Counted from the stretch's first letter, positions 52,929 to 62,567 are shown. The stretch: 64,000 nucleotides of DNA from an uncultured Candidatus Saccharibacteria bacterium (GCA_964471165.1 CAYYEX010000001.1:1037-65036); one strand, 5' to 3'. Numbers and translations: made by a program. Notes: generated by a model from the letters alone, not told the origin.

Positions 52929-53827
52929 AGCGCAGCAGCCTTACACTCGTCGCTACAAAACGCTCGCCCACTTTCAGTTGTGCATGCCTCACACGCCAGA
53001 AAATGATAGTGACACGTGTCTTCCGCGCAATCTACATAGTTTTCGGTTGTTGCATTACAGAGGCGACACGTGCCGATTACTTCGCGCTCTCCACCGAAAT
53101 CCATCGTAAGCCGTTTGTCGAATGTGTAGAGCGTGCCTTTAAAATCTTTGCCTGGATACTTTTCCATATACGAATGTATGCCACCATCGAGCTGGTGCAC
53201 ATCGGTAAATCCGTGAGTTTGCAGGTAGGCGGCCATTTTCTCGCAGCGCACGCCGCCGGTGCACACCGTAACGACCGTTTTTTCCTTAAGCGGCTCGAGT
53301 TTGTTCATGGAGAGTGGCAGGTGTCGAGAGGCCGAGATGTCGGGCTGGACTGAGCCTTCAAAATGTCCGGAGGCAAACTCGTAATTGTTGCGCATGTCGA
53401 TAACAGTAAATTCACGCTTACTTTCAAACCACGCACGCAACTCCTCAGGCGACAGCCGTGGCGCAGTGCGCTCAATCGGATTTGCTTCCTCAGGAGTGAA
53501 TCCCGTACCCACGATTTCCTTGCGAACCTTCACTGAGAGTGATGGAAAACTTGTCCCCGTTCCCGCGCTCCGCTTGATTTGCATATCTTGGAGTCGGTCG
53601 TCCTGCACAATCCGCTGCGCGAACGCTTCTACGGTGTCCACGCTTCCTTCTACGGTGGCGTTAATACCCTCGGAGGCCACGATAATGCGCCCCGTGAGCT
53701 GGAGCGACTCGGCGAGCTCACGGACACCAGCGGCGACAACCTCGGGGTCTTCGAGAAACACGTACTTATAGAACAACAGCACACGGAACGTGCTGTTGTG
53801 CGGAGTTGAACGGGTTTCCGTTGGCAT
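52925..53827 (-). CDS. trhO: Rhodanese-domain tRNA U34 hydroxylase TrhO (YceA/UPF0176 family). Start MPTETRS at 53827.
   Basis: FRVLLFYKYV..EDPE...GRIIVASEGINATVEG N-terminal domain, a rhodanese Cys loop, and a C-terminal Cys cluster. Confidence 0.8.
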   Translation of the reverse strand: MPTETRSTPHNSTFRVLLFYKYVFLEDPEVVAAGVRELAESLQLTGRIIVASEGINATVEGSVDTVEAFAQRIVQDDRLQDMQIKRSAGTGTSFPSLSVKVRKEIVGTGFTPEEANPIERTAPRLSPEELRAWFESKREFTVIDMRNNYEFASGHFEGSVQPDISASRHLPLSMNKLEPLKEKTVVTVCTGGVRCEKMAAYLQTHGFTDVHQLDGGIHSYMEKYPGKDFKGTLYTFDKRLTMDFGGEREVIGTCRLCNATTENYVDCAEDTCHYHFLACEACTTESGRAFCSDECKAAAL

Positions 53828-53854
53828 GGCGAGTACTATAACAGAAACAAAATC

Positions 53855-53880
53855 TTGTGCGGAATCCCTGCGTGATACAA
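53855..53880 (+). promoter_or_regulatory. Promoter-like TTGTGC-N14/15-(TG)ATACAAT, 9 nt upstream of the M15 peptidase ATG (leaderless-type).
   Basis: An extended -10 TGaTACAAT at 53872-53880. ATG at 53890. Confidence 0.3.
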
Positions 53881-53889
53881 TCGTGGTCC

Positions 53890-54780
53890 ATGAATACCCG
53901 CACCGTCTTTTCCCCCACCACAATCGCTGCCACACTCTCGCTGGCGCTCGCGATTACACTGGTGTGGGGCACGAACGAGTTAAATAAGCTCAAAGTAGCG
54001 TACACAACGGAACGCGAAGTGAATGCACGGCTTTCGAGCCAGTCGGAAGATTTGTCGACCAAGCTTGCTGCCGCACTCGCTCTCTCCGAGGATTTGAAGT
54101 CCTTACTCGAAAAGAGTCAGTCGGAAAAAGCTGCGCTTGGCTCGCAGGTACAAACTATTTCTGCAACGGTCGGCCAGCTCGATAAGCTGAGCAAAACCGA
54201 TAAACAGTTACTCGCAAAGTATTCCTCTGTGTACTTCCTGAACGAAAACTATATTCCGCCACGGCTCCTGCCGATTGATGCGGCCTACCTTGCACGTCCC
54301 GACAAGGAGGAATATTTTCTTGCAAGCGCTATGCATCACCTGAACGCACTTATGAGTGCTGCACGAGCGCAGGGTGTTACCCTACAGGCACTTTCCGCGT
54401 ATCGGTCGTTTGATGTGCAGGCTGCGTTAAAAGAAGGATACAAAGTGACATATGGCGCAGGGACCGCAAATTCTTTTTCTGCAGACCAAGGATATTCTGA
54501 ACATCAGCTCGCAACAACAATCGACTTTACGATGCCGGAGTTACAGGCACGACTTGCAGGGTTTGATAAAACGCCTGGCTATCCGTGGCTACAGGCGCAC
54601 GCACATGAACACGGCTTTATATTGTCGTATCCAAAAGGAAATGGGCATTTTGTGTTTGAACCATGGCACTGGCGCTATGTGGGAGTGGAACTCGCCACAC
54701 GACTGCACGAGGACGGCAAATACTTCTACGACCTCGACCAACGCCTCATCGACACATATCTGATTTCCTTCAACGACTAA
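53890..54780 (+). CDS. D-alanyl-D-alanine carboxypeptidase, peptidase M15B (VanY-like), with an N-terminal transmembrane helix and coiled coil.
   Basis: SEHQLATTIDF and FEPWHWRYVG zinc-site motifs. Confidence 0.8.
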   Translation: MNTRTVFSPTTIAATLSLALAITLVWGTNELNKLKVAYTTEREVNARLSSQSEDLSTKLAAALALSEDLKSLLEKSQSEKAALGSQVQTISATVGQLDKLSKTDKQLLAKYSSVYFLNENYIPPRLLPIDAAYLARPDKEEYFLASAMHHLNALMSAARAQGVTLQALSAYRSFDVQAALKEGYKVTYGAGTANSFSADQGYSEHQLATTIDFTMPELQARLAGFDKTPGYPWLQAHAHEHGFILSYPKGNGHFVFEPWHWRYVGVELATRLHEDGKYFYDLDQRLIDTYLISFND

Positions 54781-55183
54781 CGTTGAGATACGTAATGGTG
54801 AGTTGCAAGACTGTCGCAAACGATACCCAGAGCACGTATGGAATATTTACGTAGCTAACCCATGGCATGTACGGGTATATCACAATGAGCGCCCACACGA
54901 GCGTTGCAAGAACAAGCACGATATCGATTGCAGCCAACCCATTACTCCGCAGCACGAATTGCAGCGGAGTAAATGCCGCATTGAAAACGAGATTCAAAGC
55001 AAACGGCAGCGCAACACTCCACGGGAGCGTACCTATCCATGCGCGATAGAACACCGCGCCAAACGAAACAGCGATGATTGCATACAACACGCTCCATACG
55101 GGACCGAAGAGCCACGATGGCGGTGCCCATGACGGACGGAGTAAATCCGCGTAGCGCTCGGCGCTCTCAGTTGCGTTAGGCAT
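54770..55183 (-). CDS. tspO: TspO/MBR (tryptophan-rich sensory protein).
   Basis: LLRPSWAPPSWLFGPVWSVLYAIIAVSFG. 5 transmembrane helices, 137 aa. Confidence 0.85.
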   Translation of the reverse strand: MPNATESAERYADLLRPSWAPPSWLFGPVWSVLYAIIAVSFGAVFYRAWIGTLPWSVALPFALNLVFNAAFTPLQFVLRSNGLAAIDIVLVLATLVWALIVIYPYMPWVSYVNIPYVLWVSFATVLQLTITYLNVSR

Positions 55184-55209
55184 AGAAAAGTACGAACCTT
55201 GATTATGTT

Positions 55210-55968
55210 TTACTGAACTCGCTGAAACGAAAGCGTATTGCCGCGTTCCATGTATGTCATTTCAAGAGACTCGGGAGTAAGTTTGTTCACGCGAAAGTTC
55301 AGTATGACCGAAGTATCCTTGGAGTCCGAAATTTGCACATAGGTTACTCCCGCATCAAGCGGGAACGCTACCGTGAGCGGCTTAGTCTTGGTGAATGTTT
55401 TCCATGTGCCAGTCGCGTCAGCTTCGCCGTCGAAATAATCAACCTGTACACCGCCGGTTTTAAACTCGCGAACAAACAGCGGGTCGTCCGTGCTCTGCCA
55501 AACTCCAACAATGTTTTGGTCCACCGCAGCCGCAACGTCCTGTGCTGTGCCCGCACCCTCTGCAGCATCTCCAAAGTTGAATGGCGCCACATCAGCACTT
55601 GGAACCGGATTGCAGTCGAGTGTCTGTCCTGCAGCAACTACATGCACGCTTTCCCCGGCGCCCGTAAAGACGATACTCTCACCAACAAATTCATTTGTAA
55701 CCGACTTGTTCTGCTGCAGTGTTGATTGTACGAACGTGGCGTTCGAGCCCGGAATAAGGGTAATTGACGACATATCGGCCGTCGGAATCATTTTGAACTC
55801 AACACCACCGGTGCAGCTGTACGCATAGGAACCCATCTCCAGCACACCAACAGATTGGTCTTTATCGTAGTGGGTATAGAGCACCACTCCCACTAGCACC
55901 ACAACAAATACTATTGCCGCGAGGTATGTATGTCTCATACACAGAAGTATGAGCTTCTTGGCCACCAT
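55210..55968 (-). CDS. Secreted/membrane-anchored hypothetical protein.
   Basis: N-terminal transmembrane segment LAAIVFVVVLVGVVLY. Confidence 0.5.
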   Translation of the reverse strand: MVAKKLILLCMRHTYLAAIVFVVVLVGVVLYTHYDKDQSVGVLEMGSYAYSCTGGVEFKMIPTADMSSITLIPGSNATFVQSTLQQNKSVTNEFVGESIVFTGAGESVHVVAAGQTLDCNPVPSADVAPFNFGDAAEGAGTAQDVAAAVDQNIVGVWQSTDDPLFVREFKTGGVQVDYFDGEADATGTWKTFTKTKPLTVAFPLDAGVTYVQISDSKDTSVILNFRVNKLTPESLEMTYMERGNTLSFQRVQ

Positions 55969-55970
55969 TT

Positions 55971-56004
55971 GTCAAAGGCGCCAGGATTCCCTGGCGCCTT
56001 TGAC
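55971..56004. other. A 15 bp perfect inverted repeat GTCAAAGGCGCCAGG-attc-CCTGGCGCCTTTGAC, 3 nt upstream of the start codon at 55968. It is followed on the plus strand by UUUUAUGCCCGCUUUUU.
   Basis: Read directly from the sequence. A second 6 bp hairpin lies at 56058-56075. Confidence 0.5.
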
Positions 56005-56159
56005 TTTTATGCCCGCTTTTTGGCGGCCCGTGCTTTGAGCATCGTAGCTTTTGTCGCAAGACGCTTTTTCGTCTTACGGGACTTCGACTTTCGCGGCGCG
56101 ATTGGTGAAATTCTTCCCATGTGCAGATTGTACACTCCACAAAGCCACGGGTCGAATCG

Positions 56160-56561
56160 CTAACCTCTCTTTTTAGTCAGCTTTTCGCGCCTCGGCAATA
56201 CCTTGCCGGGCGTGACCCCGGCGATAGCTCGGGGCTTTGCTGATTTCTTGACTGACTTTTTGGCGGGTAGCGACTTGGCAATAGCGAACAGAATGGCTGG
56301 CAAATCTTCCAGCTGCGAGAGTTGCGATTCCTCAACAATATAGTGTGGCCGTGCACCAGGATACGGCGCACCTTTTTCACACTCGCTCTCAAGCGCAGCA
56401 CTTGCCGGTAGGATTTTTACGTGGAGCATGTCGTCGCACACGAGCGCCACAACCTTTCCACTCGCATAGAGCGCATATTCGCCAAACATGGCACGAGCGG
56501 TAAACCGTTTGTCGTCGAGTTTATCCAATATAAACTCTATCGTTTCTTTCTGCGTCGACAT
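56160..56561 (-). CDS. TfoX N-terminal domain protein.
   Basis: MFGEYALYASGKVVALVCDDMLHVK resembles the TfoX_N consensus. Confidence 0.65.
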   Translation of the reverse strand: MSTQKETIEFILDKLDDKRFTARAMFGEYALYASGKVVALVCDDMLHVKILPASAALESECEKGAPYPGARPHYIVEESQLSQLEDLPAILFAIAKSLPAKKSVKKSAKPRAIAGVTPGKVLPRREKLTKKRG

Positions 56562-56563
56562 GG

Positions 56564-56986
56564 TTATTCAGACTCAACGTGTCGTTTGAGATTGTCGAGA
56601 ATACTCTGCCATCCTGCCCGCTGCATTTCAATAGAATTTTCATGCTCTCGGTCGAACACCGTTGTTACGCGCGTCGCCTCTCCTTCAGCCTTGAATGTAT
56701 TTATTGCCTTTCGTGCGTCGTCGCCATCCATTACGTATGCAATACTTTCGTGCGGTGTAATTTCGGTGTAAATGCCTGTAAAATCAAAACCCGCGCTGCC
56801 GTCCCTGGCTTCCATCCGGGTCAGGAAGCGCCCACCGACTTTCAAATCATTTTCGGCACGCGGCGTATGCCAATCGGGGGATGCGTTACTCCAGTCAGTA
56901 ATGTGCGATGGCTCCGTAAAGCACGCCCACACTTTGCTCACTGGTGCATTGATACGTGTTTCTACGGTGATTGTTTCGCTGTTCAT
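56564..56986 (-). CDS. SRPBCC / Aha1-like (activator of Hsp90 ATPase homolog) domain protein.
   Basis: TITVETRINAPVSKVWACFTEP... Confidence 0.8.
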   Translation of the reverse strand: MNSETITVETRINAPVSKVWACFTEPSHITDWSNASPDWHTPRAENDLKVGGRFLTRMEARDGSAGFDFTGIYTEITPHESIAYVMDGDDARKAINTFKAEGEATRVTTVFDREHENSIEMQRAGWQSILDNLKRHVESE

Positions 56987-57012
56987 AGATTCTGTGTATT
57001 TTGCACCATCTT

Positions 57013-57369
57013 TTAGAACTCGTGAAGTTTGTCTGTAAAATCCACGATGCGATTCCTTTTGTCGACAGATATTTTCTCTTTTTTGTAGAGCGCCATGCGC
57101 TTTGCGTGATACTCGGGCGACGTCCAGATTCTGCCGTCGCTATACACGATTCGGTGAAATGGGATTTTCTTCTCCCCTTTTTCCCATGCCTTGCCAAGAA
57201 TCCCGGTAATACTGCGCGCAGCCATTCCCCCGCCGCCAGCGGCGCGCGCGAGTGCAGCGTAGGTGGTAACTCGCCCTGCGGGAACAGACAGCGCAAGCGC
57301 GACCACCCGTTCACTGAATGTCTTTTTTGCCGCTTTATGCGTAAGCGGACGCTCTTCAAAAAGTGTCAT
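57013..57369 (-). CDS. MGMT-family DNA-binding protein of alkyltransferase-like (ATL) type. The active-site Cys is replaced by Phe.
   Basis: VTTYAALARAAG...KIPFHRIV, where the catalytic PCHRV motif would be. Confidence 0.75.
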   Translation of the reverse strand: MTLFEERPLTHKAAKKTFSERVVALALSVPAGRVTTYAALARAAGGGGMAARSITGILGKAWEKGEKKIPFHRIVYSDGRIWTSPEYHAKRMALYKKEKISVDKRNRIVDFTDKLHEF

Positions 57370-57401
57370 GCCCTGAGTATACAGAACAGAGGAGTCGGTT
57401 T

Positions 57402-57965
57402 CTATTTGGATTTCGAAACAGTAAACACAAAGCGGTATGACGAGCTTGGAGTTACTTCATCGGATTTCGGACTCGGGCTGAGTTCGGTAAATGTGATTGT
57501 GTATCCGTCTTTTTCAATCGGCTGGCCGATTTCTAGGACTTCTGAAGTAGTGCCAGCGTTCGTTGAAATAGTGGCTCGCACGTGCGCGGTTCCCGCCCAG
57601 ATACACTGCACATCTGTGGGACAGCGACTGTCGTCTACAAGTTCGGTCGGGGTAATCGTCACATTCAATCCGGTCATTGTCTGACCGAGCGTCGTGCGAA
57701 TAGTTGCGGATGTCGCTTCGGGCGTCGGACACGCGGCAAAGGCGCAGTTTGTCCCGGTACGGCCAACAGTGCTTCCGTCCGGACACACCTTTGCGTCCCC
57801 ATTACATTCGTATGAAATCGGTGGAATACCAACCACCTTTCCCTGTGTTGTTGTTGCAGCGAGTGCAGGGTTTGTTGTCGTGTTCATGCTTCCCCAGGCG
57901 AGCCACCCCAAAACCACGAGTGCTCCCGCGACGGCGAAAATAGGGATTATCTTGTACATCCTCAT
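57402..57965 (-). CDS. Secreted hypothetical protein with several Cys pairs.
   Basis: Signal peptide MRMYKIIPIFAVAGALVVLGWLAWGS. Confidence 0.5.
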   Translation of the reverse strand: MRMYKIIPIFAVAGALVVLGWLAWGSMNTTTNPALAATTTQGKVVGIPPISYECNGDAKVCPDGSTVGRTGTNCAFAACPTPEATSATIRTTLGQTMTGLNVTITPTELVDDSRCPTDVQCIWAGTAHVRATISTNAGTTSEVLEIGQPIEKDGYTITFTELSPSPKSDEVTPSSSYRFVFTVSKSK

Positions 57966-58004
57966 TAGACGGCTGAGAAATTCATGTATTACAGCGGAAA
58001 TATT

Positions 58005-58721
58005 TTACACGCCTTGTACGCCGAACAGATTACCAATGAAGAACGTAACGAGCATCGCAAAACCACCCCCGGCAACCATGCGCAAAGTTACGTGACCGAC
58101 GCGCGCCTTGCTCACACGCGCGCTGAGCACCCCTGTAATTACCAGAGCCAGAAGCACTGCCACAAACGTGGCAATCACTTTGTATTCCTGCGGGGGCAGC
58201 AGAATCGCAGCAAGCGGAATGATGGCACCCACAGTAAACGAAGCAGCGGAGGCAAATGCTGCTTGCCACGCACTCGTGAGTTCATTCGGGTCGATATGCA
58301 ACTCAGCTTCAACGTGAGCACCAAACGCGTCGTGCTCGGTGAGCTCTCGCGCAACAAGCTCGGCCGTTGCGCGACCAAGACCTTTCTGTTCATAAATTTT
58401 CGTAAGCTCTTCCAACTCTTCTTCTGGAAAGTTTTCTAGTTCATACTTTTCTTTTGCGAGCAGTGCTTTTTCCGTGTCGCGCTGACTGCTCACGGACACA
58501 AACTCACCCACCGCCATGGACAGCGCGCCCGCTGTAAGACCTGCGATACCAGCGATAAAAATGGCAGATGCAGACGAGGTCGCACCGGCAACGCCCACCA
58601 CGAGGGCTGCCACCGAAACTATTCCGTCGTTTGCCCCGAGCACTGCGGCTCGTAGCCAATTGGTATGCGAAAGAGATTCATCGTTATGCGGCTCAAAATG
58701 CTCATTTGATGATTCAGTCAT
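58005..58721 (-). CDS. VIT1/CCC1-family iron/manganese transporter.
   Basis: WLRAAVLGANDGIVSVAALVVGVAGA. 5 transmembrane helices. Confidence 0.85.
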   Translation of the reverse strand: MTESSNEHFEPHNDESLSHTNWLRAAVLGANDGIVSVAALVVGVAGATSSASAIFIAGIAGLTAGALSMAVGEFVSVSSQRDTEKALLAKEKYELENFPEEELEELTKIYEQKGLGRATAELVARELTEHDAFGAHVEAELHIDPNELTSAWQAAFASAASFTVGAIIPLAAILLPPQEYKVIATFVAVLLALVITGVLSARVSKARVGHVTLRMVAGGGFAMLVTFFIGNLFGVQGV

Positions 58722-58731
58722 ACGGGAGAGT

Positions 58732-59409
58732 CTACCACTTACTTCGAATATGCTGACGAAACGACGCTCCGACAGTGAGTCCGATTGCGATACCTACGCA
58801 GGCACCTGCAACAAACTCCGAAAACCAATGCGCTGCAAGTGACACACCGATGCCGATATAGAGCGCATAAATCACCGAATAAAACAAAACGTGTTTATTT
58901 TTCGGAAACAAGGTTATGAGCGTAAACGCCATGGCAAAAGCTATCGCCGTATGAGAAGACGGCCAGCCCCAAAATATGCCATTCTGCCAAAGACCAAACT
59001 GAAATCCATGACTGGAGTCCACGAGTAGGTTGTGTATGTCGGGTTGTATGCGGCCTGTGAATACCTTGAGGGCAGAAGTTACGAGTGAACCGATTAATAC
59101 CGCCTGTCCAAGCGCCCACCCAACGATGGTTATCCGTGTCGCATGACCAAGGGCTCCGGCAACAATCAAATAGAGCGCGAGAGAAACGGGTAAAAAAGCA
59201 CCGATTACAAGCGCCGGGAAGAACATTCTGTTGAGTTCCGGATCCTGTACCGCACGCAGATACTGCCAATCGAATCCTGTTTGCACGATTACATAGGTTG
59301 ACGCAACTGCCGTAACGAGAAATAGAAACTTTTTGCCTGCAAAGCTCATCACAATATTGCGCGGCAGCGTGCGAAGAAAGTATCCGAACATAACAGCAGT
59401 ATAAGACAC
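58732..59409 (-). CDS. PAP2-family phosphatase (lipid phosphatase, undecaprenyl-diphosphatase-like).
   Basis: KVFTGRIQPD, PSSHTA, and HWFSEF motifs. 6 transmembrane helices. Confidence 0.8.
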   Translation of the reverse strand: MSYTAVMFGYFLRTLPRNIVMSFAGKKFLFLVTAVASTYVIVQTGFDWQYLRAVQDPELNRMFFPALVIGAFLPVSLALYLIVAGALGHATRITIVGWALGQAVLIGSLVTSALKVFTGRIQPDIHNLLVDSSHGFQFGLWQNGIFWGWPSSHTAIAFAMAFTLITLFPKNKHVLFYSVIYALYIGIGVSLAAHWFSEFVAGACVGIAIGLTVGASFRQHIRSKW

Positions 59410-59422
59410 TCATCCCTGTGTG

Positions 59423-59605
59423 CTAATCGTCGAGCAAATCTTTGTCGCGGAGACGTTTTTTGTTCTCTTTCCACCCTTCGACGAGCTTCGTCCAGCCGAG
59501 TACACCGATTGCCCCGCCCATCGCTTCATTCTCCTCAGTATTAAACGGATACTTTTCGAGCATTTTTATAAGAACTGCAATCATTTCCTTGTCTTCCATG
59601 GGCAA
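59423..59605 (-). CDS. Small cytoplasmic hypothetical protein (60 aa).
   Basis: An ORF 13 nt upstream of, and co-oriented with, the PAP2 gene. No recognised family. Confidence 0.3.
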   Translation of the reverse strand: MPMEDKEMIAVLIKMLEKYPFNTEENEAMGGAIGVLGWTKLVEGWKENKKRLRDKDLLDD

Positions 59606-59763
59606 AATTGTACCCTCGTGCTGCTGTCAGGTCACGCTGTGAAGCCTCGGCAAGCCAAATTGGCTCTCCACAGGGCACGCTCCTCCATATGAGAGAGATG
59701 ACATACTTATGGTGTACGAGCGGTCGACTCGTCACAGAGTCAATACATACACATACACACTAT

Positions 59764-60003
59764 ATGAAAGCATTGCACATGGTCGCGTTTGTCCTCGCTA
59801 TGGTGGGCGCCCTCAACTGGGGCCTCATCGGCATCGGGGGCTTTATGAGCACAGACCTCAACGTTGTTGGCATGATTCTCGGATCAATGCCAATGCTTGA
59901 ATGGGCAGTTTACGTGCTTGTCGGTTTGTCTGCCGTATACCTTGTGATAACACATAAGGGCACGTGCACGGTTTGCGCTTCGAGCGCCCCGCAGCAGATG
60001 TAG
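59764..60003 (+). CDS. DUF378 small membrane protein. Start MKALHM at 59764.
   Basis: VAFVLAMVGALNWGLIGIGGF...VYVLVGLSAVYLV. Confidence 0.7.
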   Translation: MKALHMVAFVLAMVGALNWGLIGIGGFMSTDLNVVGMILGSMPMLEWAVYVLVGLSAVYLVITHKGTCTVCASSAPQQM

Positions 60004-60021
60004 GTATTTTTTGTGAGATGC

Positions 60022-60049
60022 AAAAGAGCGGGCACGAGCCCGCTCTTTT
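60022..60049. terminator. Bidirectional intrinsic terminator AAAAGAGCGGGC-acga-GCCCGCTCTTTT, shared by the DUF378 gene (plus strand) and msrA (minus strand).
   Basis: A 12 bp stem. U-runs follow on both strands. Confidence 0.8.
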
Positions 60050-60060
60050 GTTTATCATTT

Positions 60061-60549
60061 TTATTTCAGATAGCTATCAAAGTAAATCGCGTGGCACGTG
60101 TAGCCTCCGGGATTTTTTTGAAGGTAATCCTGGTGATAACTTTCTGCTTCGTGAAATCCGGTAAATGGCTCGAGCGTGGTTACCACCGGGTTATTCCAGC
60201 GCTCTGATTGGTTCACAATGTCGATGAACTTGAGTGCCTCTTCTTTTTCCTCGTCGTTTCGGAAAAAGATAACAGAGCGATACGACGTTCCCCTGTCGTT
60301 GCCCTGCTGATTGAGTGTTGTGGGATTATGAATCTGGAAAAAGAAGTCCAGAATTTTTTTGAACGATGTTTGGTCGGTATCGTACTCAATTTCTACTGCC
60401 TCGGCGTGCCCCGTGTGGTTTTCGTATGTCGGGTTGGGCTCACTGCCGCCGGCATAGCCGACACGTGTGTGAACTACGCCCGGTTGCGTGCGAATCAAAT
60501 CCTGCAGTCCCCAGAAACAGCCTCCACCGAGTACGACAGTCTTTGTCAT
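60061..60549 (-). CDS. msrA: Peptide methionine-(S)-sulfoxide reductase MsrA.
   Basis: [11 protein letters not shown] active site. 162 aa. Confidence 0.9.
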   Translation of the reverse strand: MTKTVVLGGGCFWGLQDLIRTQPGVVHTRVGYAGGSEPNPTYENHTGHAEAVEIEYDTDQTSFKKILDFFFQIHNPTTLNQQGNDRGTSYRSVIFFRNDEEKEEALKFIDIVNQSERWNNPVVTTLEPFTGFHEAESYHQDYLQKNPGGYTCHAIYFDSYLK

Positions 60550-60555
60550 GCCCTC

Positions 60556-62136
60556 TTAGAGACTATTGAGCACTGCGCGAGTGTTTTTGGCGACGTAGCC
60601 GGTAACAGGCAGCCCGTGTTTCGTTTGGAACTTTTTTACCGCCGCTTCAGTGCCAGCACCAAAGTATCCTGTTGGTTCAGCCGTAAGGAATCCCAGCTTC
60701 ACGAGCAGCTTCTGCAACTCCAACACGTCGGTTTCGTCGTCGCTACCCACACCCATGAAGTGTTCGAATTTGTACTTAGTTCCAGAGGGAGTGGTTGTGA
60801 CCGCCGCTGTCGTAGACGTGGTGCCCGCCGTAATCGTGTTCAGTTCAAGACGCGTGCCCGGGCCGACGGCACCAAGCTGGTCGAGCCCGTGTGCGGCCTG
60901 GAACTTTTTGACCGCTGCAACTGTAGAAGGCCCGAAATATCCATTGGGAGCAACCTTCAGAAATCCGAGCTTCGAAAGAAGTTTCTGCAACTCCATAACT
61001 TCGTCGTTCTCGGAGCCCTGTTTCAAGTACGATGTGAATACGTATCCCGTACCCGCTGTTCCCCCTGTTGTTCCTGCTGCAAGTTGTGCCTGCAGTGCTG
61101 CCAACTGCGCCGCGAGCGTTGAGGCAGTGGTGCCGGATGTGGTTGCGGCGGTAGTCGTAACTGGTGGATTGAGGAGCACACCATTTGGGCCCAGGACGTT
61201 AATGGTGAGCGTGGTCGTTGCGCTCTGCCCATATACACCTACCTGCCCCTTAAACGTCGCAACGTGCTGTCCCGCATCAGAGGCGGTTGGTATCCATGTC
61301 ACCAAACCCGAGGTGTTCACATTGTTGTTTGTGAGCGTGCTCTGTCCGGTAAACTTGTCAGTTACGGAAAATCCGGTTGGCTGATACCCCGTTGGGTTGA
61401 GCGTGAATGTGAGCATTTGCCCCGGAGAAATATTGAGATTGAGGTTCGACGGCGCGGCGAGTGTTGGGCCAGAACCCACACGAACAACCGTGGTCGCCGA
61501 TGCGCTATGCCCCTGAGAATCGTTCGCATACACCGTAATGGCATGTTCGCCATTTTGGGTTGCGTCTGGTGTCCACGAGAAGTTCCCCGACGAGCCGATT
61601 GTTACTGTGTTTACGCTCGAGCCACCAAATGAGTCGCTTGCGATGAATGTGGGGTTCACAAATCCAGGCGAGGAAACAGAGAATGAAAACGTGGTGCCCG
61701 GCATAACCACGCTTCCCGGAACAACTGAATTAATCGAAATCGATGGGGGCGGTAGCACGGTGATTGATTGCGTGACTGTTGCGCTGTTGCCACCACTGTC
61801 GTTTACCTGAATGGTAATGAGGTGCGTGCCGATGTCGGAAACAATTGGCACCCACTGAAAGTTTCCACCGAAGTTTATGTTTGTGGAATTGATGGTGCTC
61901 CCCGCAAAAGAGTCTGTGAGCTGATAGTACGGAGTATTGAAACCAGTCACGGCCACTTTAAATGTGACGCTGGTTTTTGCCATCGGGGTTGCACCAGGCG
62001 AAAGGTTCTCTATTGCTGCAGTTGCAGCACTTGCAAACGCGGTTGGAATGAATAATGCGGCGAGCGCGAGGGATCCCAAGAGAGATTGTTTGAGAGTAAT
62101 CATTCCCTGAGTATATATCGAATTTTGTTTTCGCAA
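60556..62136 (-). CDS. Secreted protein with tandem Ig-like/PKD-like beta domains and two C-terminal peptidoglycan-binding domains.
   Basis: Signal peptide. Repeated beta-rich segments. Two copies of the ELQKLL.KLGFL...GYFG..T.AAVKKFQ..HGL pattern (PG_binding_1-like). Confidence 0.7.
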   Translation of the reverse strand: MRKQNSIYTQGMITLKQSLLGSLALAALFIPTAFASAATAAIENLSPGATPMAKTSVTFKVAVTGFNTPYYQLTDSFAGSTINSTNINFGGNFQWVPIVSDIGTHLITIQVNDSGGNSATVTQSITVLPPPSISINSVVPGSVVMPGTTFSFSVSSPGFVNPTFIASDSFGGSSVNTVTIGSSGNFSWTPDATQNGEHAITVYANDSQGHSASATTVVRVGSGPTLAAPSNLNLNISPGQMLTFTLNPTGYQPTGFSVTDKFTGQSTLTNNNVNTSGLVTWIPTASDAGQHVATFKGQVGVYGQSATTTLTINVLGPNGVLLNPPVTTTAATTSGTTASTLAAQLAALQAQLAAGTTGGTAGTGYVFTSYLKQGSENDEVMELQKLLSKLGFLKVAPNGYFGPSTVAAVKKFQAAHGLDQLGAVGPGTRLELNTITAGTTSTTAAVTTTPSGTKYKFEHFMGVGSDDETDVLELQKLLVKLGFLTAEPTGYFGAGTEAAVKKFQTKHGLPVTGYVAKNTRAVLNSL

Positions 62137-62151
62137 ATTGTAGGGTGCAAG

Positions 62152-62559
62152 TCACGAATCAAGTGTCTTCACAAAACTCAGGATAGTGTCTCGGACTTCG
62201 CGCGTTTGATCAACATTCATTTGATATGGATCGTCAACGTCCCAATAGATGACATCACGTACTCCAGTTACATACTCCGGCAACGTATCGCGTGACTCAA
62301 GCACAACTATCCTGTCTGCTGATTTGGCCATCGCTTCGGTGATTTGATTGCGCACATTTTTTGATGCGTCGATACCGAGCTCGCGGAGAACCTCGAGCGT
62401 TTCTTTTGCGGGAGCAAAATCGCCAAGCTGTTCATTTTCACGCTCAAACACATGGGTACCGGCAGAAATCACATCGCTTTCTCCGGTGCGTTGCCTGAAA
62501 ATCATTTCGGCCATCTGGCTGCGCCCTACGTTTCCTTTACAGATAAACAAAGTTCTCAT
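62152..62559 (-). CDS. Low-molecular-weight phosphotyrosine phosphatase / ArsC-type arsenate reductase family. Start MRTLFIC.
   Basis: CX5R P-loop in CKGNVGRSQMAE. Confidence 0.75.
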   Translation of the reverse strand: MRTLFICKGNVGRSQMAEMIFRQRTGESDVISAGTHVFERENEQLGDFAPAKETLEVLRELGIDASKNVRNQITEAMAKSADRIVVLESRDTLPEYVTGVRDVIYWDVDDPYQMNVDQTREVRDTILSFVKTLDS

Positions 62560-62567
62560 ATTCAATC

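Noticed and set aside
55862-56163. ORFs 55930..56163 (+) and 55862..56140 (-) in the spacer upstream of the TfoX gene.
   Set aside because: Both span the 15 bp perfect hairpin and the GC-rich structured spacer. They are more likely non-coding.
60208-61384. Plus-strand ORFs of 304 and 244 aa antisense to msrA and the PG-binding protein.
   Set aside because: Antisense artefacts. The minus-strand genes have clear motifs (GCFWG; PG_binding repeats).
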